Assembly: GCA_963514005.1 (NCBI GenBank)
Contig: OY740809.1
Coordinates: forward strand, 25,854,001-25,918,000
Origin: Raja brachyura
Taxonomy: Eukaryota
Direction of reading: 5' to 3'
DNA: 64,000 bases
A program made the translations under genes and the position numbers. This document shows positions 52,216 through 62,660 of the stretch, piece after piece (positions within the stretch are counted from its first letter, which is position 1; each line of letters opens with the position of its first letter). The notes beneath the pieces were generated by a model that saw only the letters and a program-made list of their open reading frames with translations, searched no databases and was not told where the DNA came from.

Positions 52216-54137
52216 ATTAACAAATCCATGCGGTCATGACATGGATGACATTCTCCTGTAACAGGATGAACAAGCAGGCTTGGTCTTTTATTCACCCTGA
52301 TACAGGGTTCTGTGGCCATCTTCTGTACGAGAGGGAACCATGGTTGAGTAGGCCAGTCGGGCACTACCAAGATACCCGATGCGGAGTCTTGCTTGATTTT
52401 TTGCAAGACCCGACTGATGAGGCAGAAAGGGGGGAAAGCGTAGCAAAATAAATCCCCCCAGTGTAGCGAGAAAGCATCCATCGCTACTGCCCCCGGGTCT
52501 GGCTCCCAAGCAACATACGTTGGTAGTTGGTGATTTAGCCTGGACGCGAAAAGGTCGATATCTGGTGTCCCATAACGTTCTACAATATCTGAGAACACAT
52601 TCCGATCCAACATCCATTCTATGTTGTCGTTGAATTTCCGTGACCTGGTGTCTGCCACTGTGTTTAGTTTACCTGGAAGGTAAGTTGCAGAGATCCAAAT
52701 TTCTCTTTGCAGACACCAGTACCAGATATTGTTGGCCAATTCATCACACGATATCGACTTTACACCGCCCATGTGGTTAATATAGGCTACCACCGTGGTG
52801 TTGTCAATCTGTATTCTAACATGAACTTTGTGCATGTTAGTGCAGTATGCCTTAAGGCCGTGAAATGCTGCCAGCATTTCTGAATAGTTAATCCCTAAGT
52901 TTTTAAATAGGGTTAACTCTGGTGCACTCCATCTACCTCCACAGCTAGAGGTAGTGTTAGTAGCTCCCCATCCTTTGGCACTGGCATCCGTTTGTAAGGT
53001 GATCGAGGGATTGGTGATAGTTATGGGTTTGGAACAATTTTGGGCATTACCCATCCACCAATATAATTCGGCTTTTGCCTTTTCTGGAATTTTCATGGGC
53101 CTATCAAAATGTCCAGCATGTTTTTTGAGCGCCGTAATTTTGGCTCTTTGTAAGTTTTGGTAATGTAAGGGCCCATATTGTGCTGCAGGAAAAGCAGCTA
53201 CTATCTTCCCAATCACCCTGGCCACCTGCCGAATGGATGGGACCTTAATGCCAATGAGGCTCCTGCAAGCCTCTATCAGGTCTTCCACCTTGCTTGGTGG
53301 TAACGTGACAGACATTTGCACTGAGTCAATAATGAACCCCAAATATTTCATGGTGGTAGAGGGTTCCAATATTGATTTATCTGGATGTATCGTAAACCCC
53401 AGTTTCTGAAAAATATGTTTCGTGGCTGTGACTGCCAAGGTAGCCATCTCCAAATTCTCCCCCACTATGAGGATGTCATCAAGATAGGCCATAACAGTAT
53501 GATTCTGTTTCCTTAAATAGGCCAAAGCTGGTTTCAATATCTTGGTAAACAATCTGGGTGCTGACGATAACCCATTAGGCAAAGCTTTATATTGCCATAA
53601 TTGTCCCATCCAGATAAATTTTAAGTATTTCCTATGATCCTTGTGTATGGGTACTGAATAGTATGCATCTTTGAGGTCAACGCATGCCATGTAGTACCCA
53701 TTGGCTATAAGCTGAATAGCAGTGTCGAAGGTGTCCATTTTAAAATGAATATACTGGACAGAAGTATTCAGGTCGGTCAAATCTATGATGATGCGGCAAC
53801 CACCATCTTTTTTGTTTTTAGTGAATATATTAGACACGAACTCCTGAGGTTCTTTAAAGGCCTTCTCAATTACCCCTTTTTCTATCAACCTCTGTAGTTC
53901 AGCATGCCCTGCTGCCTTATCTCTATGAGAAAGGACGAATTTCCGACTAGGTGCATGCTGTACCGGGGTAGGGAGTTCGTGAATAAATTCAATTTTGTAG
54001 CCCTGAATACTCCTGAGTATATAAGGATCAGAGGTAAAAGTGAGCCAATTCTCGAGGAACATGTGCAACCTGCCCCCTATGCAAAGTGAATTTGGGTCAG
54101 TAGTGTTCTTGGGGATCCCAGACCCACCTACCTCCAT
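52203..54137 (-). CDS. DIRS ORF2: reverse transcriptase, RNase H and DNA N6-adenine methyltransferase-like domain (644 aa from ATG 54137; frame open from 54278)
   Basis: RT motifs DLKDAYY, LPNGLSSAPRLFTK, YLDD, YLG; RH motifs TDAS..GWGA, EMLA, DNTT, ADTRSR; MT motifs DLFAS, YAFPPF, WPTQPWF. Confidence 0.95.
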   Translation of the reverse strand: MEVGGSGIPKNTTDPNSLCIGGRLHMFLENWLTFTSDPYILRSIQGYKIEFIHELPTPVQHAPSRKFVLSHRDKAAGHAELQRLIEKGVIEKAFKEPQEFVSNIFTKNKKDGGCRIIIDLTDLNTSVQYIHFKMDTFDTAIQLIANGYYMACVDLKDAYYSVPIHKDHRKYLKFIWMGQLWQYKALPNGLSSAPRLFTKILKPALAYLRKQNHTVMAYLDDILIVGENLEMATLAVTATKHIFQKLGFTIHPDKSILEPSTTMKYLGFIIDSVQMSVTLPPSKVEDLIEACRSLIGIKVPSIRQVARVIGKIVAAFPAAQYGPLHYQNLQRAKITALKKHAGHFDRPMKIPEKAKAELYWWMGNAQNCSKPITITNPSITLQTDASAKGWGATNTTSSCGGRWSAPELTLFKNLGINYSEMLAAFHGLKAYCTNMHKVHVRIQIDNTTVVAYINHMGGVKSISCDELANNIWYWCLQREIWISATYLPGKLNTVADTRSRKFNDNIEWMLDRNVFSDIVERYGTPDIDLFASRLNHQLPTYVAWEPDPGAVAMDAFSLHWGDLFCYAFPPFCLISRVLQKIKQDSASGILVVPDWPTQPWFPLVQKMATEPCIRVNKRPSLLVHPVTGECHPCHDRMDLLICRF

Positions 54138-54139
54138 GG

Positions 54140-55378
54140 TTACTGCCGGTGTGGTGGTTTCTGCCCTTGCTTCCTCGGCTGGTTGTAGGTGTTCTGGGAG
54201 TGGCGCATCTTCCAAGGAGGCCGGCCTGGGCCTTGGCCTAAAAAAGACCGCTGAGCAGGTATGCCGGCCTTCGAGCTTTCACCACCGGCAGACCTGTTAG
54301 GGTAACTCTGCCCGGTGGGTGCGTAGGGGTGCGTTCTGTGTGGGTGATGAGGCTTAGTGTACCCAGGTACTTTAATAAGGCCCAAAGCCTTAGCCTCCTC
54401 GTCAAGATCTTTAACCTGTTTGGGGAGATCTTCCCCAAATAGCAGGCTTGGAGGCTGCGTCTTCCCAGGCTTACACAACCCCGCGAACTTGGGGTTAAGC
54501 GCCGGCTTTATAATGCTTTTCCTGAAATTATTTATTTCATACTGTGTGTTGCACAGTAAGGCCAAAGCATCTTGTAGTTCTTGCGGCATATCCACTCCCA
54601 CTGCTGTTCTGGCTACTGCAGTAATCCCTGCGGTAAGGAGCTTCAGGATCTTCTGAAGTTTCATCTCCTGCCCTCTACTCGAGGGGCTCATGTTTCCCCA
54701 TATCGGGTTGTTCACCGCGGGTACATTTAATGACTTGCAGTTTTCTGGCGCCATATATTTATCTGCTGTGGCATTGATGGCCTGTTCCTGAAGTTGGTTA
54801 GTGGCCATATAATCAATGCTGGCAGCCAGCTTGGGGTGGATGGGTAGGCCCTTCTGGTTGGGCATGGCATGTTTGCTCACCACATCCATATAATCTTCAC
54901 ACACCCCTGACGCTGCAGGTGCTTCAGCCAACTCCCCTTCTTCTGGGTCAGCCCAGTTCTGACCCTCAATGCTCCCCTGTATAGAAGGGGATACATTAGG
55001 CAGTCCTCGAAAGGAACTTGCCGTGGGCCTACTAGGGGTCCCACTGTGATCCTGCCCCTGCTTTAGCAGGTCACGTTGGAGCAGCTGCTCCATCATCCGC
55101 TCAATGCGGTCAAGGCGACCTCCGTCGCTGCCAGCGAGCGGGGTGCCCTCGGGACCGGACTCCGCTGAGTCGGCCCCGGCCGACTTCCGGGTAGTTTTCC
55201 CCGACCGTGGCGTACCAACGGTCTCAAAGTCCGAAAGTCGGGAGCTGCAGGTAGAACCTGTAGCTCTGGAGAGGCGGTTCTCCGTGGTCGACTCACTCCT
55301 TCGGTGAGACTTACCTGGCGTGAGCTTTTTAAACTCACGCTGGAGGAGCCCCGCTCCTCCCGACCGTCGCTTCCGCAT
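54140..55378 (-). CDS. DIRS ORF1, gag-like protein (~412 aa from the first ATG)
   Basis: Open ORF in the ORF1 position; helical core (PENCKSLNVPAVNNPIW...INNFRKSIIKPALNPKF...LLFGEDL) and basic/Pro-rich C-terminus. The gag assignment rests mainly on position. Confidence 0.8.
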   Translation of the reverse strand: MRKRRSGGAGLLQREFKKLTPGKSHRRSESTTENRLSRATGSTCSSRLSDFETVGTPRSGKTTRKSAGADSAESGPEGTPLAGSDGGRLDRIERMMEQLLQRDLLKQGQDHSGTPSRPTASSFRGLPNVSPSIQGSIEGQNWADPEEGELAEAPAASGVCEDYMDVVSKHAMPNQKGLPIHPKLAASIDYMATNQLQEQAINATADKYMAPENCKSLNVPAVNNPIWGNMSPSSRGQEMKLQKILKLLTAGITAVARTAVGVDMPQELQDALALLCNTQYEINNFRKSIIKPALNPKFAGLCKPGKTQPPSLLFGEDLPKQVKDLDEEAKALGLIKVPGYTKPHHPHRTHPYAPTGQSYPNRSAGGESSKAGIPAQRSFLGQGPGRPPWKMRHSQNTYNQPRKQGQKPPHRQ

Positions 55379-55390
55379 GCGCACGACGAT

Positions 55391-55452
55391 ATGTCGCGCA
55401 TGCGTGCTGGCGGGGTCTTCACGTAGTCACTCACGTGACTCCGAAGTAAAAT
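55391..55452 (-). repeat. DIRS 5' ITR (27 nt unique extension plus 35 nt core)
   Basis: 55391-55425 is the exact reverse complement of 50809-50843; 55416-55452 is the exact reverse complement of 51038-51074. Confidence 0.92.
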
Positions 55453-55824
55453 CTGCAGTTGGTCCTTCTGGAATTCAGCTCATCTTGATCAGCATCTGTA
55501 AACACTAAAAGTTAACAGCTGGGTTAGAAACATAGAAACATAGAAATTAGGTGCAGGAGTAGGCCATTCGGCCCTTTGAGCCTGCAGCGCCATTCAATAT
55601 GATCATGGCTGATCATCCAACTCAGTATCCCGTAGAAGAGTGAAGTGCTTACCAGAGTCACAATTTAATTTTTAACACCCCTTTTTATTGGCATTTGTTT
55701 TTATTAAAGCTTGAATCAATAACCATGCACTTAACCAACCCCAGCTACCTAATCCTGATAGCAGAACTGTGAAAGTTGGAGAAATAATTCTGCCGGAAGG
55801 AATGAAGAAACAAACAAACTGGAC

Positions 55825-56112
55825 GGTGCAGCAGTAGAGCCTTGCAGCGCTAGAGACCCAGGTTCGATCCTGACTACAGGTGCCTCTTCTGTATGTTCAC
55901 CCATGACCTGTGTGGGTTTTCTCTGATAATTTTGGTTTCCTCCCAAACTCCAAAGACTTACAGGTTTGTAGGTTAATTGGCTTGGTGTTAATGTAAAGTT
56001 GTCCCTAGTGTACGTATGGCAGTGTTAATGTGCCGGAATCGCTGCTCGACTCCGACTCGGACTCGGTGGGCCTGTTTCCGTGCTGTATTTGTAAAATTAA
56101 AACTAAACTAAA
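55825..56112 (+). mobile_element. HE1-like V-SINE
   Basis: Same consensus. Confidence 0.8.
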
Positions 56113-56179
56113 AATTCAATATTGCTTAGTAACTTTGGACAAATTCCTTACAAAATAGAGAACTTCCTGTTGCACCAAA

Positions 56180-57210
56180 CATAGAATAGTGTAGCACAGG
56201 AACAAACCCTTCAGCCCACCATGTAAATGTGAACCATAATGCCAATCTAATTTATCTCAACTGTCATCACATGTTCTGTATCTCTCCATTCCCTGCTGTT
56301 CATGTGTCTGTTTAAATATATCTTAAATCTTTCTTAAATATTTATATTGTATCTGCTTCTACCACTTCTCACAGGAGTACATCTACCAGGCATCCGCCAC
56401 TTTCAATGTACAGAATTTTCCTCGCAAATCTCCTTTAAACCTTACTCACTCTCACGTTAAACCTGTGCCCTCTGGTATTTGATATTTTAACACTGGGATA
56501 AAGACACTGACCCTCTCTGTGCAGGGTCTCATAATTTTATATACTCATCCCAGATCACCACTCAGCCTTCGATGCTCCAGGGGAAATGATCCAATTTATC
56601 CAGCCTCTCCTTACAGCTAATGTAGGCAGCCTCTATGTTATAGGCAAGGTTGCATTCCTAGAAAATGGTCCATATCACAATTTTCCATAACTCAAGGACA
56701 CATCATCTCTGCATGTGTAAAGAAACACGAGTTGAAAATAACATTTTGTGTTCATTAATTTACCTTTTTATCATTTAAATTCCATGGGAGCAAATTTTAT
56801 TCCATACCTCAAATTTTTGGGTAGTGATTTGTGAATTCTGTGAGGGTGAATTTCCTTACCTCAAACACCTGTACACCCCAATCCGGGCATCATCTTCTGC
56901 TCCCTCTCCAAACCATCCGCACCCTTCGTATACCAGGACAACCAAAACTGCACATCGTACTCCAAATGTGGCTTAACCAACGTCCACCAAAGCTGCAACA
57001 TGATTTCTTGACTCTTTCTTCCCTTGGTGGGTACAAGGTTCACTTACTCTCACAGTGTGTGTGTGTATACTGTACCAACATTTAAAACTTGTTTGGACAG
57101 CGACATGGAAAGGAAAGGTTTAGAGGGATGTGGGCCAAATGCGGGCAGGTGGGCCAAGTGTAAACGGTACCTTGGTCGGCATGGGCAAGTTGTGCTGAAG
57201 GGCCTGATTT
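56180..57210. mobile_element. Decayed CR1 fragments in both orientations
   Basis: LVKPHLEYDVQFW on the minus strand (56861-57043); CR1 3' UTR motifs. Confidence 0.65.
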
Positions 57211-57975
57211 GAGCTGTCTGTGTAACTGAAGGAAATGGGATGGTCAAATATAAAAGTTGCCTTGAGAACCCAGCAGCTGAGAACACATGAGCTTTCAACA
57301 GGTAGTGAATCTGATTGTAGGTTTGGGTCCAAATGTGTTTCTTCCATATCCAGAGGATTAGTTGGGGAGAATCTGTGTCAAGTGGGGTGTACACTGATGG
57401 CATACTATTGTTTAATTTTTATAATTTCTTTCCACATGACTAAGATAGCTCCGTAGGCAAGAGCTCTGGATTCATTCCAGTGCCTGGATGCTGCACTTGA
57501 GACACATCTGGTCATGAAAATATCTCCATTTAATTTAGTATTCTATTTCCATCAGTTGACAATGCGCCTCATTGTTCGTTTGCTGGGTGTTTTTCTGTAG
57601 TTGCGACAGAATCCTTACCGAATGGTTTTAATTAATCTTTTCATTGATTTTCAAGGTCAAGCGGTGATGGAGTTACAAAGAACTAGGCATTTCTCTGAGA
57701 ATCTGTCCTTAGAAATTCAATTACATAACATTGTTTTTTTAAATCCAGTGTTTTACAATTGAAGGCAGATTTATTTTCTCATTGCAAAACGCATCTAGTT
57801 CATTTCGCCTCATTACAACTTGCACCTCAGTGGGTTTATTCCCCATTAAATCCTGCTGTGTATTTCACTGGGGAGGGGGGATCGAAGGACAATAACCTTC
57901 TGCATGGGTGCTCCCTTTAGAGCCCTTATGGGACAACTTGGATCTTGCTCTGGACTTTGATCTGGACAACCAAGA

Positions 57976-58276
57976 GTTTAGTTTAGTTTAGCTTAGAGAT
58001 ACAGCATGGAATTAGGCCCTTCGGCCCACCGAGTCCACACCGACCAGTGATCCCCGTACATTACCTACAACACTTATACCAAGCCAATGTACCTACATAC
58101 CTGTACATCTTTGGAGTCTGGGAGGAAATCGAAGGTCTCATAGAAAACCCACGTGGTCACGGGGGGGATCATACAAACTCCCTACAGACAGCACCCATAG
58201 TCAGGATCGAACCCTAGTCTCCAGCGCTGCACGCACTGTAAGGCAACAACTCTACCGTTGCGCCACCGTGCTGCCC
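57976..58276 (-). mobile_element. HE1-like V-SINE
   Basis: Same consensus. Confidence 0.85.
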
Positions 58277-58734
58277 TTGGGCGAACCGAGTCTTTTCAGT
58301 GCTGTGCCAGGCCAGGAAGCTAGCCGGCCAAGTCTCGTAATGGCCTCTATCTCTCGCCCTTCCCTTACCAGACCCCAGGAACAACCTGTTCCCCGATCTC
58401 CTGTCCATTCCCCATGCACCCCTCCAAAGACTCCAATACACTAACTTACAACACATGCAAAAAAAGTTTATTTTTTAATGTCGTTCATTTATTGTAGGGG
58501 TACCGAACCTGAATCGGAAGTGCTTACGTAATTTTAAATTCTGCCCAATTCTGATTCCAACACCATTTCGATCATCCCAGACCTAGGCCCCAAACTGCAG
58601 CTCTGCCATTTCGCCGCCCTTATTCAAACTGGCTGTACATCGAGTCCTCATCACCAATCTCCATTCAAGCATTGCTGATTCTCAAACTACATCGTCCCCA
58701 GTATCATCATTCAAAGGATTAGAATGCACGAGAA

Positions 58735-59350
58735 CACAAAACATAAAAAAATATGAACAGGAATAAGCCACCAAGTACCTCAAACCTGCCCTGCCTTTCA
58801 ATATGATCATGGTTGATCTACCTCAAGCCTCAACTCGTCTGGGCTAGATCTTCCTAGTCCCGAATTATCAGAGTTACCGTACAAATATGTGCCCCTATTT
58901 TAAATAGTTCTAATGATTTTGCCTCCGTACACTCTGCAGTAGCATATTCCAGAGATTCATTACCGTCTGCGAGAAGAAAATCCCATGTACCTTCATTTTA
59001 AGTAACCTCCCGTTTTCTTATAACAATGTCCCTTCATTTGAGAATCTCCCATCAGTGAAAATGTGTTGCCATTTACCTTCTCATACCCCGTCTTTGGATC
59101 TTGTATGTTTCAATGTGATCACCACCTCATTCTTCTAAACTCCAGAGAAGAGAGGCAAAAGTTTAGCCTCTCTTGACGGGACAATCGTCTCTTCCTAAGG
59201 TGAATCTCCTTTTGACTGCCTCTAATGCTACTTTAACCTTTTTTATGTACAATGGCGAAAACAGTGCACGGTATTCCAGGTGTGGCCTCACCAGCATCCT
59301 GCAAAACTGTGACAATTCTTCTAACTTTGCAATATAGGTTAATATGCCAT
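58735..59350 (-). mobile_element. Decayed CR1 fragment
   Basis: LVRPHLEYRALFSP...LEAVKRRFT. Confidence 0.7.
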
Positions 59351-60689
59351 TCATTTCTTCCTCCACCATTCTGCTATCTTATTGTGATTCACGCTCAAGA
59401 GTACCCAGAGAAGCACTGTTCTTTCTGATATCTTTCCTACCCAGAGATAAGGTATCTTTGAAAGCACTGATATATGGTTTAGTTATTTAACAATTGGGCC
59501 CTTTATAGAAGAATTTCCATTGGACTGTTGCAGCTGTTTTAGCATAGATCTTGCTCATGAGAAAATATGATTCCCCAATAATATGCTTCATTCAGAACCA
59601 TCTATTCCCCATTCTCCACAGCAGCAATGGACAGCAGTTTGGGGTTACTCTCTCTCTTTGATTTAACCACACCAACAATTATATGGTGCATTATCTCACT
59701 AGAAAACGTTGCTGTATTTCACAGAATGGAAACTGTTAAAAGTGCAGTAATTAACAACCTCTGGGTAATCCAGCATCTAATCTGTCTGAAATCATCCCAT
59801 AAACATCATCCCATAATCTTTTTTGTCTGAAGACGTGCCCCGACCTAATGTTGCCTGTCTATTCCTCCACAAATATTGCTTGACCCACTGAATTACTCCA
59901 GCACTTTGTGTTTTAATCTTTTGTGTAGTAGTTTCAGTTAAATTATATTGTCCAGAACAGTGGGAATATTTGACTATATTCTTTGAATTGCACAATAGGA
60001 TTGTCAACGCCCTTCTGAATGGGCCTAAGACCCAGCCCTAAAGTGGAACGATAATCTATAGGGATTTACTTTCTTTCCTGCAGAAAAAAACTTGACTTCC
60101 ACAACATCAACAACTTCTATTTATATAGTGCCTTCCGCATAGCAACACATTCCAAGATACTTAAAAAGGAGCATTGAAAAACAAACAATGCAATCCCAGA
60201 TGAAGCGATATCAAGGTGGACGATCAAAAACCTGGTTGAAGGGTTAGATTTTAAGGAGTATTTTAAAGACGGTGTGAGAACACAATGTCCAAGTCAAAAC
60301 TGATCCCAGAGAAGCTCAGGTATTCAATGGTAAAACAATGTGTACAGGCTCACACACACTAAACCAAATATTAACATCAGTTTAGATTTTTAGAAGAGAC
60401 GCACTAATCCCTGTAGTAGCTGGAACGGGTCTGAGGCGTTTTCTAAGTTTTTAATTCTCTGTCGACCTTCTCTGTCGACTTCATGTAACATGTTGCCACT
60501 CTCCAGCAGCATCTTAAATAGTAATCAACGCAAACAGACGGAGGGACTGTTGATAGTTGACACTGTTGATGGGGATGCACCATCCACAATCCCACTATAA
60601 CTGCTTCAGAAGCAAACAATATTTGTAATTTGGAAATTAAAGCAATCAATATGTCAATTAATATGTATAAATGTTATGGAACCTTGTGA

Positions 60690-60977
60690 GGGTGGGCACG
60701 GTTGCTCAGCGGTAAAGTTGCTGCCTCACAGCGCTTGCAGCGCCGGACAACCATGTTCGATCACGACTACAGGTGCTGTCTGTACAGAGTTTGTACGTTC
60801 TCCCCGTGACCTGCGTAGGTTTTCTCCGAGATCTTCAGTTTCCTCCCACACTCCAAAGACGTACAGATTAATTGGCTTGCTATGTTAGCTATGTTAGCAA
60901 GTGAGGATCGTGAGTAGACGCAGACGTGTTGGGCCGAAGTTCCCGCACTATATCTCTAAACTAAACTAAACTAAACT
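60690..60977 (+). mobile_element. HE1-like V-SINE
   Basis: Same consensus. Confidence 0.85.
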
Positions 60978-61124
60978 TTAGTTTAGCAACAAGACTATAT
61001 AGTTCTGCAAACCAGTTCGACCAGTCCGTTTGGTCATACACGGAACAAAATCCACTTCAACCCATTTATTTTCCATAACAAATTTCAATCAATCTCTGAT
61101 TTAAAATTAAATGTTAACCTAATC

Positions 61125-61817
61125 ATAAAATTAATTATATTTGGGGTTTTAGATTCAAACCAAACTTTAACAGTAAATCAAAGAAATTTTCTGGATTACT
61201 GTTTAACAATTGGAAAAAAATTAATATTACAATTTTGGAAGGGACCATTATCCCCGACAATTAAAATGTGGACAGTGGAAATGTTGGAGACATTACAACT
61301 GGAGAGAATTAGGTTTATCCTAATGGATAAACTTGAGCTTTTTGAACAAATATGGTCTCCATTCACTGATTATATGAAGGGGTAGCTGGGCTCGGCATTG
61401 AAACTCAAGAAGTACCCGGTGGAAAGATCAAACAACATTGTTTAATTTCAGATTTATATACTTGTCTCTATATATTATATTTAGAAATTGCTCCATTCAT
61501 TGATAAGATGTATACTGTTTTCTTTTCCACAAGTATAATAACAGTTTATTTGTTATATGGTTCTTTTTTTTTTTGTTTTTTTTGTTTTTTGTTTTTTTTT
61601 AATATTAATCAAATATAATCATATTCTTTTAATCATTCACTATTCTTTCTTTATACTTTTTTCTTATTCTCTTTTTCATTCTGTATAAAAAAGTGAGGCC
61701 TATATATATGGTTTGCTAGTATTTATATAATTTTGGAAAGTTATATTAACTATATCTGAAAAAAATTGTTATATTATTTGTAATATGTATAGCCTCTAAT
61801 AAAAATATATTTTTAAA
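61125..61817 (+). mobile_element. 5'-truncated L1-clade LINE with 16 bp TSD
   Basis: LIIFG...GKKLILQFWK...PTIKMW...LERIRF...FEQIWSPF* C-terminus; AATAAA at 61798; TSD AAATGTTAACCTAATC at 61109-61124 and 61818-61833. Confidence 0.85.
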
Positions 61818-62334
61818 AAATGTTAACCTAATCTCATATCCTATTTGCAGAAAACAGTTCCAAATTTCCACACCGTCTGTATGTGTAAGGATTACCTGAC
61901 AACAGTGTTAGAAGGTCCTTCTCCAATGTTCAGATCGCGCCCCCATTCCATGTTACTACAACCAGGGAAGACAACTGTGTAAGAAGGAACTGCAGTTGCT
62001 GGTTTAAACCGAAGATAGACACAAAAATGTTTCTATGTTTTTCTAAGTACACCCACGTCAGTGTGTGTGATACCAAATTACATTTCCATAGCCCACTGAT
62101 TCTAAACTGAAAGCCCCATATAAACTATAGCCCCCTTCTACATGAACTGTACACAAAAGCAAGTTGCACTACACCACTGCATCTCTCCATATTGGCCATC
62201 TCACGCTTATACAGTAAATCCTCCCAACTACGGTCCTCTATATAATGGATTTCAGTTTGAAGTGACAGAGGATGACGGTAGGCTACTCTGGAACTGTTTA
62301 TGCTGCTTTAAACTGGACGCAAAGTGACATCAAG

Positions 62335-62660
62335 TGTTGGAGTAACTCAGCGAGTCAGGCAGCATCTGTGGAAAACATATGCAAGAAGAAACTGTATATG
62401 CTGGTTTACACCGAAGATAGACACAAAATGCTGGAGTAACTCAACGGGTCAGGCAGCATCTCTGGAGAAAAGGAATAGGTGACGTTAAGGGTCTTGGCCC
62501 TCTGAGTTACTCCAGCATTTTGTGTCTCTCCCTGGACAACATGGTTAGGTGACGTTTTGGGTTGGGACCCTTCTTCAGACCATGTTCTCGGGGATGCTGC
62601 CTAACCCACTGAGTTACTCCAACACTTTGTGTTTCTTTATTTTTGTAAACCAGCATCAAC
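62335..62660. mobile_element. Cluster of Penelope-derived modules
   Basis: Multiple inverted partial copies. Confidence 0.7.

Larger units (their letters stand above)
50736..55452 (-). mobile_element. Full-length DIRS1-like tyrosine-recombinase retrotransposon
   Basis: Three open ORFs (gag-like, RT/RH/MT, YR), inverted terminal repeats, an internal complementary region matching both termini, and ATT at both ends on the element strand. Confidence 0.95.
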
